From: Anaerolineae bacterium
Lineage (GTDB): Bacteria; Chloroflexota; Anaerolineae; B4-G1; DUEL01
Direction of reading: 5' to 3'
Length of the DNA stretch: 64,000 bases
NCBI GenBank assembly: GCA_041082215.1
Contig: JBDOIF010000008.1
Span: 6,036-70,035 of the forward strand
The notes beneath the pieces were generated by a model. It was not told the origin of the DNA, searched no databases, and saw only the letters and a program-made list of their open reading frames with translations. The position numbers and the translations under genes were made by a program. Below, one piece after another: positions 36,360 through 45,124 of the stretch. Position 1 is the stretch's first letter. The number at the start of each line of letters is the position of its first letter.

Positions 36360-37778
36360 ATGTTCTCTACTTTAGAAGAAGCTCGCCGCTTTGTTGAGAA
36401 GCAAAATGTGCAGATGATTGACCTCAAGTTCACCGATCTCTGGGGCCGATGGCATCACCTCTCTCTCCCCGCTGACCGGCTCACCCCTGCCCTGATGGAA
36501 GACGGAGTGGGGTTCGACGGCTCGGCGCTGGGCCTCAAATCGGTCAAGGCCGGGGATATGGTGCTGATACCCGACCTCTCCACCGGATTTCTCGACCCTT
36601 TCTGGGAGCTCCCCACCCTCAGCTTCATCTGCACCACCCTGGAGGCGGATACGAAAAAGGTCTTCGCCAACGATCCTCGCAACGTCGCCCGGCAGGCCGA
36701 GGCATACCTGCGCCAGACCGGCATCGCCGATGAGAGCCGGTGGGGGCCGGAGTTCGAGTTCTACGTCTTCGACCGGGTGTCCTACGAATACGGGATGAAC
36801 CGCTGCGGCTACGTGATCGAATCGAGAGAGGCGGATTGGGGAGACGGGAACCGGGAGCAGGCCCATGCTGTCCCCCCCCACGGGGGCTACCACGCTATCC
36901 CCCCTGCGGACACCCTCTACAACCTGCGCTCCGAAATGGTCCGTTGCCTCCAGGGGATGGGGGTACCGGTCAAATACCACCACCACGAAGTGGGCGGGCC
37001 GGGGCAGTGCGAGATCGAAACGCCGATGATGGGGCTGGTGGAGGCCGGCGACGCGGCGATGAAAATCCGATACGTTACCAGGATGGTCGCCCGCGCCCAT
37101 GGACTCACGGTCACCTTTATGCCCAAACCGCTCTACGGAGAGGCCGGGAACGGGATGCATTTCCACCAGCACCTTTTCAGGGACGGCCAGAACCTCTTCT
37201 ACGCCCCGCAGGGGTACGGGCTGCTCAGCCAGCTCGCCCTCTCCTATATCGGCGGGCTCCTGAGCCACGGACCGGCCCTCCTGGGGCTGGTCAGCCCCAG
37301 CACCAACTCCTTCCGCCGTCTGGTGCCGGGGTACGAAGCCCCGGTCAACGCTTTCTTCTCCCTCGGCAACCGCAGCGCCGCCGTCCGTATCCCCCGCTAC
37401 GCCACCCGCCCCGACGCGGTGCGGATCGAGTTCCGCCCCCCGGACGGGACCTGCAACGTCTATCTGGCGATGGCGGCGCAATTGATGGCCGGGCTGGATG
37501 GCATCCGACAGGGGATAGACCCAACCAGGGCGGGCTTCGGGCCGGTTGACGCCGATATCTTTTCCTGGACCGAGGAGCAGCGGGCGACGATCCGGCCCCT
37601 GCCGACCTCGCTGGATGCTGCCCTGGATGCTCTTTCCGCCGACCGGGCCTTCCTTCTTACCGGCGAGGTCTTCAGCGACGATTTAATCGAACGCTGGATC
37701 GGCCAGAAGCGGGAAGAGGCGCGCGCCGTGCGGCTGCGGCCCCATCCGTATGAGCTGCGATTGTACTATGATGCCTGA
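36360..37778 (+). CDS. glnA: glutamine synthetase, type I
   Basis: 472 aa colinear with GSI. Starts MFSTLEEARRFVEKQNVQMIDLKFTD. Its stop TGA is the first unit of a TGAC heptamer array. Confidence 0.9.
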   Translation: MFSTLEEARRFVEKQNVQMIDLKFTDLWGRWHHLSLPADRLTPALMEDGVGFDGSALGLKSVKAGDMVLIPDLSTGFLDPFWELPTLSFICTTLEADTKKVFANDPRNVARQAEAYLRQTGIADESRWGPEFEFYVFDRVSYEYGMNRCGYVIESREADWGDGNREQAHAVPPHGGYHAIPPADTLYNLRSEMVRCLQGMGVPVKYHHHEVGGPGQCEIETPMMGLVEAGDAAMKIRYVTRMVARAHGLTVTFMPKPLYGEAGNGMHFHQHLFRDGQNLFYAPQGYGLLSQLALSYIGGLLSHGPALLGLVSPSTNSFRRLVPGYEAPVNAFFSLGNRSAAVRIPRYATRPDAVRIEFRPPDGTCNVYLAMAAQLMAGLDGIRQGIDPTRAGFGPVDADIFSWTEEQRATIRPLPTSLDAALDALSADRAFLLTGEVFSDDLIERWIGQKREEARAVRLRPHPYELRLYYDA

Positions 37779-37803
37779 CGCTTGACGTATGACGTATGAC
37801 ACA
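37776..37803 (+). repeat. heptamer tandem array TGACGCT TGACGTA TGACGTA TGACACA
   Basis: Read directly. TGA falls in all three frames. Confidence 0.9.
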
Positions 37804-37828
37804 CAACGACAAACCCAGGAGCGAGGCC

Positions 37829-39256
37829 ATGAGCATCCAATTCGGCACTGACGGCTGGCGAGCTGTCATCTCCGACACGTTCACCTTTGCCAACGTGCGG
37901 CTGGTGGCCCAGGCCATCGCCGATTTCGTGCAGGAGGAGGGTGGGACGAAGCCCCCTGAGGTCGTCGTCGGCTTCGATACCCGCTTCCTCTCCGACCGGT
38001 ACGCCGCTGAGGTCGCCCGGGTGCTGGCCGGCAACGGGATCGTGGCCCACCTCACCCGCGCCGACGCCCCCACCCCCGCCGTCTCCTACGCCGTGGTCTA
38101 TAAAAAGGCGGCCGCCGGGGTGATGATCACCGCCAGCCACAATCCGCCCCGCTACAACGGCCTCAAGCTGAAGGCCGCCTTCGGCGGCTCCGCTCTCCCC
38201 GAACAGGCCCGCCAGGTGGAGGCATTTCTGGTCCGCAACCAGGAGATGGCCCGGAAGCCCAAAGTGATGGATTATCAACAGGCGCTGGACCTGGGGCTGA
38301 TCCGACGGTTCGACCCCGCCTGGCCGTATTACGAGCACCTCACCCACCTGGTTGACCTGGACGTGATCTCGGCGGGGGAGTTGAGGGTGATCACCGACGC
38401 GATGTACGGCTCTGCCCGCAACTGCATCGCCGATATGCTGGCCCGTACCCGCTGCCGGGTGCGGGAGATCCGGGGGGAGATGAACCCCGGCTTTGGGGGC
38501 ATCCACCCCGAACCCATCGCCCGCTACCTGAACGCCCTCTCCGCCGCCGTCCGCGCCGATCAGGCCGACCTGGGGCTGGCCACCGATGGGGACGGGGATC
38601 GCATCGGAGCGGTGGACGCCCGGGGCCAGTTCGTGGACCCCCACCACATCTTCGTCCTGGTGCTCCAGCATCTGGTGGAGAGGCGCGGCTGGCAGGGCAT
38701 GGTGGTCCGCTCCGTCTCCACCACCCGGATGGTGGATCGAATGGCGGCCCGGTACGGACTGCAGGTCGTGGAGACCCCCGTCGGCTTCAACCATATCGCC
38801 GACCGGATGCTGAACGACGACGTCCTTATCGGTGGGGAGGAGTCGGGCGGCTTCTCCATCAAGGGCCATATCCCCGAGGGGGACGGGGTGCTGATGGGTC
38901 TCCTGATCCTGGAGGCGGTCGCTGCTGCCCATGCGCCGCTTCACGAGCTGGTGGCCCAGATCCAGGCGACCGTCGGCCCGGCCCACTACGCCCGAAGGGA
39001 CCTCCGGCTCTGCCACGCCATCTCCAAACCGGAGATGGTAGCGCGGCTCATCCAGGAAGTCCCACCCACCCTTGCCGGCCAGACGGTCACCGAGGTCCAG
39101 ACCACCGACGGGGTCAAGTACCTGCTGGCGGACGACTCCTGGCTCCTCATCCGCCCCTCCGGCACCGAACCGGTGCTCCGCGTCTATGCCGAGGCGCGGG
39201 AGCCGGAGATGGTGGAGGCGCTGCTGGCTTACGGTGAGGAGGTGGCCCGCACGTAG
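37829..39256 (+). CDS. phosphoglucomutase/phosphomannomutase family protein
   Basis: GTDGWR, TASHNPPRYNGLK and DGDGDR motifs. Start at MSIQFGTDGWR. Confidence 0.85.
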   Translation: MSIQFGTDGWRAVISDTFTFANVRLVAQAIADFVQEEGGTKPPEVVVGFDTRFLSDRYAAEVARVLAGNGIVAHLTRADAPTPAVSYAVVYKKAAAGVMITASHNPPRYNGLKLKAAFGGSALPEQARQVEAFLVRNQEMARKPKVMDYQQALDLGLIRRFDPAWPYYEHLTHLVDLDVISAGELRVITDAMYGSARNCIADMLARTRCRVREIRGEMNPGFGGIHPEPIARYLNALSAAVRADQADLGLATDGDGDRIGAVDARGQFVDPHHIFVLVLQHLVERRGWQGMVVRSVSTTRMVDRMAARYGLQVVETPVGFNHIADRMLNDDVLIGGEESGGFSIKGHIPEGDGVLMGLLILEAVAAAHAPLHELVAQIQATVGPAHYARRDLRLCHAISKPEMVARLIQEVPPTLAGQTVTEVQTTDGVKYLLADDSWLLIRPSGTEPVLRVYAEAREPEMVEALLAYGEEVART

Positions 39257-39267
39257 GGGGAGGGAAG

Positions 39268-39570
39268 ATGAAAGTGCGAACAGAGATCGTCCGGGGCCGT
39301 CCCATTCAAGTCGAAGGACGTACACTGGTGCCGGTGGTCCGTCAGACCACAGGCTCCTGGCAGCAGGCGACCATCGGCAACCATCGGCTTGCCGGCCGGG
39401 GGGGTGGATTTGTCCACCTGCATCCCCTCGGTGTGGTCGAACAGAAGGGGGAAGAGGAGCGGTTCATCCCCATCCCGGACGTCACAGCTCGGATGCTGGT
39501 TGGGCTATTCCTGGCAGCCGTCGTTGTGCCGCTGTTGCTGGTGATCGGCCTGCGGCTCCTCCGCCGTTAA
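39268..39570 (+). CDS. small hypothetical protein with C-terminal TM, weakly GerW/YtfJ-like
   Basis: PIQVEGRTLVPV resembles PVTVEGRTVIPV of the downstream GerW-like gene. Hydrophobic tail. Confidence 0.4.
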   Translation: MKVRTEIVRGRPIQVEGRTLVPVVRQTTGSWQQATIGNHRLAGRGGGFVHLHPLGVVEQKGEEERFIPIPDVTARMLVGLFLAAVVVPLLLVIGLRLLRR

Positions 39571-39588
39571 GGGGAGCGGGCCGACATA

Positions 39589-39706
39589 GATCACGAATCC
39601 CACAAATCAGGCAAATGACACGAATTGCGCGAAACCGGCTCGAACAGGGCCAGTATTGGCCCGGAAACATTCGCGAGATTCGGCCCATTCGCGTCATTTG
39701 CGATCA
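39589..39706. repeat. palindromic CGAAT/CAAAT-unit element, short family copy D2
   Basis: GATCACGAATCCCACAAATCAGGCAAATGACACGAAT...ATTCGCGTCATTTGCGATC. Its first 35 nt nearly match D1. Confidence 0.6.
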
Positions 39707-39811
39707 GGCTCCTGGACTCCGCCATAAGCGGAGTGGCGCGGAATCGGCACTCCATTGTGTTCCGTGCCCTGCTATGAACAATTCTCAGATAAGCTCTCAG
39801 AGGAGGGGGCG

Positions 39812-40201
39812 ATGGGAGAATCCATCCAGAGCCTGTTCGATGCGGTGGAGGACCTGCGGCGGAAGGCGAACGTTAACGCCGTCTTCGGTCGGCCGGTGAC
39901 CGTCGAGGGGCGGACGGTGATCCCGGTGGCCGAGGTCGGCTACGGCTTCGGCCTGGGCTTCGGCTCCGCCGGGTCGGAAGAGGAAGGGAAGACGGAAGGG
40001 GAGGGCGGCGGCGGTGGCGGCGGCGCACGGGCCCGCCCCCTTGGCGTGATCGAAATCACCTCCGAGGGGATCCACGTGGAGCCAGTGGTAGACGAACAGA
40101 AGGTCGCTCTGGCGGGGGTGCTGCTCGCCGCCTGGGTCGTCTTCTGGGTCGCCCGGGCGCTGATCCGTGTCTTTGGCCGGGAGGCGAAACCGGGCGCTTA
40201 G
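39812..40201 (+). CDS. GerW/YtfJ family protein
   Basis: VFGRPVTVEGRTVIPVAEVGYGFGLGFG...GGGGGGGG...PLGVIEIT pattern. AGGAGGGGG RBS. Confidence 0.7.
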   Translation: MGESIQSLFDAVEDLRRKANVNAVFGRPVTVEGRTVIPVAEVGYGFGLGFGSAGSEEEGKTEGEGGGGGGGARARPLGVIEITSEGIHVEPVVDEQKVALAGVLLAAWVVFWVARALIRVFGREAKPGA

Positions 40202-40277
40202 CAGCGATTGGCAGCGAAAAGGTGCGACGCCCTTCCCCGTCAGCTTACAGGTCCGTCGCACCTTCAGGGAGGACAGT

Positions 40278-41300
40278 ATGTCTGCCCTGCGACAAGCCTG
40301 GCGCTTTCTGGGGCGGATGGGGGTCGCCTCTTCCCTGCTTTTCCTCCTGCTCCTCGTCGCTCTCCTGGCTGCTCTCATCCCTCAGCTCCCCCCTTCCATC
40401 GCCAGGGATCCGGCACGCCTGGCCGCCTGGTTGACGGCAGCGCAGGAACGTTGGGGACCGGTGATGGTCATCCTTCACCGATGGGGCCTTCTCACCGTTT
40501 ACCGCTTCCCTTTCCTTGCCGGCCTCCTGTCGGTGCTGGCCCTATCCACCCTCTCCTGCACCCTGAGCCGCTGGCGGGCCGCCTGGCGGCGGGCGCTCCG
40601 CCGCGCCGCTCCCCCTGTCGAGTTCCCCCTCTCCCTTTCCCCCCTCCCCGCCGACAGGCTCCGATCCGCTCTGAGGGAGAGGGGCTACCGCGTCCGGACC
40701 GCCTCCGGGGAGGGAACGACCCACCTTGAAGCCGACCGGTATCCCCTATCCGAGCTGGCAACGCTGGCGACCCACCTGGCCGTCCTCCTGCTGGTGGCCG
40801 CCTGCGGGCTGAGCGGGTGGCTGGGCTGGCAGGCGGAGGTGACAGTGAGGGCAGGAGAGGCGGTGCCGGTAGGAGGCGGGGCCGATCTGTGGGTGCGTAA
40901 CGACAGCTTCGCCATCGTCCACAGCCCCGACGGCAGCGTGGCCGACTACCGGGCAGAGGTCGCCCTCCTGGGAGGGGAGCAGGAAGTGGCGCGGGGCCGG
41001 GTTCGCGTCAACCACCCCCTCCGCTTCCGGGGGATGGCGGTCTACCTCTGGGGGTTTCAGGATTGGGAAGGGGGGATGTCCGTCACCCTGAAGGTGGTGC
41101 GTGATCCGGGAGCGGGGCTGGCGCTGGCGGGCGGGCTGCTCCTTCTGCTGGGCGTCACTGCCTCGGCCTACCTCCCCCATCGGCGGATCTGTGCCCGGCT
41201 GGAGCCGGAGCGGACCCTGCTGGCGGTCCGCTCTTCGGGGCGGGACGACGCCGCGGCGGCAGAGCTGGAGGCGCTTGTGCGGGAGCTGGGGGAATGCTGA
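40278..41300 (+). CDS. resB: cytochrome c biogenesis protein ResB/Ccs1 (system II)
   Basis: N-terminal TM pair, large loop and C-terminal TM. Precedes and overlaps ccsA. Confidence 0.75.
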   Translation: MSALRQAWRFLGRMGVASSLLFLLLLVALLAALIPQLPPSIARDPARLAAWLTAAQERWGPVMVILHRWGLLTVYRFPFLAGLLSVLALSTLSCTLSRWRAAWRRALRRAAPPVEFPLSLSPLPADRLRSALRERGYRVRTASGEGTTHLEADRYPLSELATLATHLAVLLLVAACGLSGWLGWQAEVTVRAGEAVPVGGGADLWVRNDSFAIVHSPDGSVADYRAEVALLGGEQEVARGRVRVNHPLRFRGMAVYLWGFQDWEGGMSVTLKVVRDPGAGLALAGGLLLLLGVTASAYLPHRRICARLEPERTLLAVRSSGRDDAAAAELEALVRELGEC

Positions 41301-42097
41301 CGGCGGTCTATGTGTTCCTCTGGGCCTCGTTGCTTTTCTATGGCCTCCACCTGCTGGCGGGCCGGAGGTGGGGGGCATGGGGCGGCGCGGCGGGGGCAGC
41401 CGCGGCCTGGCTGATCCTGACCGGCGAGCTGGCAGTCCGGGGGGTGGCGGCCGGCCGATGGCCGCTGGCCAACCGGTATGAGTTCGGCCTCTGCTTCCTC
41501 TGGGCGCTTCTGGGGGTCTATCTGCTGCTGGAGTTCGCCACATCCGAGCGCCGGTGGGGGGGCTTCGGGATCGCAGCGGCGCTCGTCGTGGCGACGATGA
41601 CGCTGGCCCGGCCCGTCGAGGAGCGGGCGATCTCCCCGCTCACCCCCGCCCTCCGCTCCTTCTGGCTGCCGATCCACGGGCTGACAGCGGCCATCGGCTA
41701 CGGGGCCTGCACGCTGGCCGGCGCGCTGGCGCTGATGGAGCTGGTCCGCCCCGGGGGGGAGCGGGGGGCAGGCTGGCCCCCGCCGGAGCGGATCGAGCAG
41801 GGGATGGGGAGGGCAGCCAGCCTGGGCTTCCCCTGGCTCACCCTCAGCATCCTCACCGGCGGCATCTGGGCCGAGGCGGCCTGGGGGCGATACTGGGGCT
41901 GGGACCCCAAGGAGACGTGGTCGCTGGCGGTCTGGCTGGCCTATCTCCTCTTCTTCCACCTGCGGGCGGCCAGGGGCTGGCGGAGCTGTCGGCTGGCCGG
42001 GATGCTGGTCGCGGCGACGGCGCTGCTCCTTTTCGGCTTCGCGGGGTTTCCCGCGCTGGTGCGGATGGTGCGGCTGGAGAGCCTGCACGGATTCTGA
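41294..42097 (+). CDS. ccsA: cytochrome c biogenesis protein CcsA/ResC
   Basis: Trp-rich heme-handling motif WGRYWGWDPKETW. Polytopic. Confidence 0.85.
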   Translation: MLTAVYVFLWASLLFYGLHLLAGRRWGAWGGAAGAAAAWLILTGELAVRGVAAGRWPLANRYEFGLCFLWALLGVYLLLEFATSERRWGGFGIAAALVVATMTLARPVEERAISPLTPALRSFWLPIHGLTAAIGYGACTLAGALALMELVRPGGERGAGWPPPERIEQGMGRAASLGFPWLTLSILTGGIWAEAAWGRYWGWDPKETWSLAVWLAYLLFFHLRAARGWRSCRLAGMLVAATALLLFGFAGFPALVRMVRLESLHGF

Positions 42098-42114
42098 CCG
42101 GCGGCTGGCGGCAA

Positions 42115-42170
42115 ATGACGGATGACGGATGACGGATGACGAATGACGAATGACGAATGACGAATGAGGG
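42115..42170 (+). repeat. heptamer tandem array (ATGACGG)x3 (ATGACGA)x4 ATGAGGG
   Basis: Read directly. 8 units between ccsA and the radical SAM gene. Confidence 0.95.
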
Positions 42171-42184
42171 ATTGGAGGTTGGGA

Positions 42185-43486
42185 ATGGGTCGGGTGACGC
42201 GGAGACGGTTTTTGGGAATGGTGGGGGTGGGCGCGGCCTGCGGGCTGGGGGCAGCGGCAGGGCTGACGGGAGACGGCTGGTGGCAGCGGTCGGCTATCGC
42301 AGGTCCTCCCCGGCCAACGCCCAGCCCGCCCACCCCCTGGTCGGTGGAAGCCGCCTACTACACGCCGGTGCTGGAGGAGGGGACCCTGAACTGCAGCTCC
42401 TGTCACGCCGGGGCGGAGGCCCCCCTCCCGGTCTCCTACTGCCACACCCCTCACACCGGCTCCTATGTCCGCTGCAACCTCTGCCCCCATGGATGCTTCA
42501 TCGCCGAGGGGGAGCGGGGCCACTGCCGGGTGCGGGAGAACCGGGGCGGCCGGCTCTTCTCCGTCGTCTACGGCAACCCCTGCGCCGTCCACGTGGACCC
42601 CATCGAAAAGAAGCCTTTCTACCACTTCCTCCCCACCGCCGCTGCCTTCTCCCTGGCCACCGCCGGGTGCAACCTGCGCTGTCTTTACTGCCAGAACTGG
42701 CAGATCTCCCAGTTCCCGCCGGAGGAGACGGAAAATGTGGACCTGCCGCCAGAGGCGGTGGTCCATTACGCCCGCCAGGCAAAGGCGCCGGTGATCGCCT
42801 ACACCTATACTGAGCCGACGGTCTTTTACGAATACATGCTGGCGACGGCCCGGCTGGCACGGGAGGCAGGCCTGCTGAACGTGGTCATTTCCGCCGGGTT
42901 TATCAACCCCGAGCCGCTGCGGGAGCTGTGCGCGGCGGTGGACGCCATCAAGATTGACCTGAAGGGGTACGACGAGGGGTTCTATCGGGAGGTGTGTTCA
43001 GCCGAGCTGGGGCCGGTGCTGGAGACGATCCGCATCATCTATGAAAGCGGCACCCATCTGGAGATCGTCAACCTGGTGGTACCCACCCTGAACGACCGGA
43101 TGGACCAGCTCCGGGCGCTGGCCCGCTGGGTGGCGCGGGAACTGAGCCCCGATGTCCCCCTCCACTTCACCCGCTTCAGCCCCCAGTACAAGCTGATGAA
43201 CCTGCCGCCGACGCCGGTGGAGAGCCTGGAGCAGGCCCGCGAGATCGCGCTGGAGGAAGGGGCGCGGTTCGTCTATGTGGGCAACGTCCCTGGCCATCCG
43301 GGCAACAACACCTACTGCCCCGCCTGCCAGCGGCCGATCATCGTCCGGCAGGGATTCGCAGTAATGGAGTACCACCTGCGGGGAGGCCGCTGCGCCTACT
43401 GTGGGGAAGAGATCCCGGGGGTCTGGTGGCCGGAAGAACCGGAAGGGGGGCCGGTGGAGATAGCCCCGGGGCCGCCGGATCAGTAA
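42185..43486 (+). CDS. AmmeMemoRadiSam system radical SAM enzyme with N-terminal twin-arginine signal
   Basis: MGRVTRRRFLGMVGVGAACGLGAAAG (Tat-like), VRCNLCPHGCFIAEGERGHCRVRE and CNLRCLYCQNWQIS. ATG 42185 has a GGAGG RBS. ORF-track start 42164 lies in the repeat. Confidence 0.85.
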   Translation: MGRVTRRRFLGMVGVGAACGLGAAAGLTGDGWWQRSAIAGPPRPTPSPPTPWSVEAAYYTPVLEEGTLNCSSCHAGAEAPLPVSYCHTPHTGSYVRCNLCPHGCFIAEGERGHCRVRENRGGRLFSVVYGNPCAVHVDPIEKKPFYHFLPTAAAFSLATAGCNLRCLYCQNWQISQFPPEETENVDLPPEAVVHYARQAKAPVIAYTYTEPTVFYEYMLATARLAREAGLLNVVISAGFINPEPLRELCAAVDAIKIDLKGYDEGFYREVCSAELGPVLETIRIIYESGTHLEIVNLVVPTLNDRMDQLRALARWVARELSPDVPLHFTRFSPQYKLMNLPPTPVESLEQAREIALEEGARFVYVGNVPGHPGNNTYCPACQRPIIVRQGFAVMEYHLRGGRCAYCGEEIPGVWWPEEPEGGPVEIAPGPPDQ

Positions 43487-43490
43487 AGGA

Positions 43491-43530
43491 GTGACTGGGT
43501 GACTCGGTGACTGGGTGACTCGGTGATTGG
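43491..43530 (+). repeat. octamer tandem array GTGACTGG GTGACTCG x2 GTGATTGG
   Basis: Read directly. Lies between the radical SAM and Memo-AMMECR1 genes. Confidence 0.95.
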
Positions 43531-43549
43531 GGGATAAGGAGGTGGGAGT

Positions 43550-45085
43550 GTGAAACTCAAGACTTGCGGCCTGAAGTCTCCAGTTGTTGCGCTCCTGGTG
43601 GTCGTCCTGCTCCTCTCCGCCTGTACCGCGCCGGGAGGGACGCCGGAAGCCGTAGAGACGGTGGAGCCTCTCCTTTCCCCTACCGTTCCCCCTGGTCGGA
43701 TCCGCCCCGCCGCCGTCGCTGGCTCCTGGTATCCAGACGATCCCCAGGAGCTGGCCCGGATGATTGACGGGATGCTGGAGGCGGTGGAACCGGTGGATGG
43801 GGCTCCCCTGGCCCTCATCGTCCCCCATGCTGGCTACGTCTATTCCGGGCCGGTGGCGGCGGCTGGATTCCGCCAGCTGGAGCAGGGGGAGTACGACATC
43901 GCCGTGATCATCGCCGCCGACCATCAGTCTCCCCTCTCGAACCCCATCTCCGTCTGGGCGGAGGGGGGCTTTGAGACCCCGCTGGGGGTTGTACCGGTGG
44001 ATGTGGAGCTGGCGGCGGCGCTCCTGGAGGCCGACCCCCGCATCACCTTCGACCCTGCTGCCCACGGTTACGAGCACCCCATCGAGATCGAGCTGCCCTT
44101 CCTCCAGCGGGTCTGCCCCGGCTGCGCCCTCGCGCCGGTCCTGATGGGCGCCGACGACGAGGAAACAGTGCAGGCCCTGAGCGACGCCCTCCTCGCCGTG
44201 CTGCCGGGCCGTCGCGCCGTCGTCATCGCCTCCTCCGACCTCTCCCACTACCCCTCGCGGGAGGACGCACTGCGGGTGGACTCGGCCACGCTGGCCGCCA
44301 TCGAAACCGGCGACCCCGCTGCGGTCCGGGCGACGATCGCCGAAACGATGGCAGCAGGGGTGCCCAACCTGGCCACCTGCGCCTGCGGCGAGGGTCCCAT
44401 CCTGGTCGCGATGCGGGTGGCGGCAGGGCTGGGGGCGGATACGATCACAGTGTTGCGCTACGCCAACTCCGCCGACTCCCCCTACGGGGACGAGAAGCAG
44501 GTGGTAGGGTACGGGGCGGTGATGTTCTGGCACTATGAGCCGCCTGAACTGACCGCCCGGAGGGAGGAGGAGCTCCTGACCCTGGCCCGTTCCACGCTGG
44601 CGGCCTATCTGGAGAATGGCTCCATCCCTCCCTACGAGACCCAGGACCCGGTGCTGGCCCGTCGCTCGGGGGTGTTCGTCACGTTGAAGGAAGGCGGAGC
44701 ATTGCGCGGCTGCATCGGCCACACCTGGGCCGACCTGCCCCTCTATCGGGCGGTGCAGGAGATGGCGGTGGCTGCCGCCACACAGGACCCCCGCTTCCCG
44801 CCGATGACGGCGGAGGAACTGGACAGGGTCACCATCGAGATCTCCGTCCTCTCCCCCTTCCATCGGGTGACGGACATCTCCCAGATTGAGGTGGGCGTCC
44901 ACGGGCTGGTGATTCTCAAAGAGGGACGTCAGGGATTGCTCCTGCCCCAGGTCCCGGTGGAGGAGGGGTGGGACCGGGAGGCCTTTCTGGAGGGGCTTTG
45001 CCAGAAGGCCGGGCTTCCGGAGGACTGCTGGCAGGATGGGGCAACCTTATATGCCTTCACGGCGGTTGTGTTTGGGGAGAGATAG
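43550..45085 (+). CDS. Memo (AmmeMemoRadiSam protein B) - AMMECR1 (protein A) fusion lipoprotein
   Basis: GTG start with AAGGAGGTG RBS. Signal peptide with lipobox LLSAC. Memo motifs AGSWYP and IVPHAGYVYSG. AMMECR1 motif GVFVTLKEGGALRGCIGH. Confidence 0.85.
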   Translation: MKLKTCGLKSPVVALLVVVLLLSACTAPGGTPEAVETVEPLLSPTVPPGRIRPAAVAGSWYPDDPQELARMIDGMLEAVEPVDGAPLALIVPHAGYVYSGPVAAAGFRQLEQGEYDIAVIIAADHQSPLSNPISVWAEGGFETPLGVVPVDVELAAALLEADPRITFDPAAHGYEHPIEIELPFLQRVCPGCALAPVLMGADDEETVQALSDALLAVLPGRRAVVIASSDLSHYPSREDALRVDSATLAAIETGDPAAVRATIAETMAAGVPNLATCACGEGPILVAMRVAAGLGADTITVLRYANSADSPYGDEKQVVGYGAVMFWHYEPPELTARREEELLTLARSTLAAYLENGSIPPYETQDPVLARRSGVFVTLKEGGALRGCIGHTWADLPLYRAVQEMAVAAATQDPRFPPMTAEELDRVTIEISVLSPFHRVTDISQIEVGVHGLVILKEGRQGLLLPQVPVEEGWDREAFLEGLCQKAGLPEDCWQDGATLYAFTAVVFGER

Positions 45086-45124
45086 AGAGTATAGAGTATA
45101 ATGACCTTCAACGTGGAGGTGCAT

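Noticed and set aside
39268-40201. GerW/YtfJ 'sporulation' proteins as evidence of endospore formation
   Set aside because: As far as I recall, the family is widespread outside spore formers. No other sporulation genes are in the window, so no physiological inference was made.
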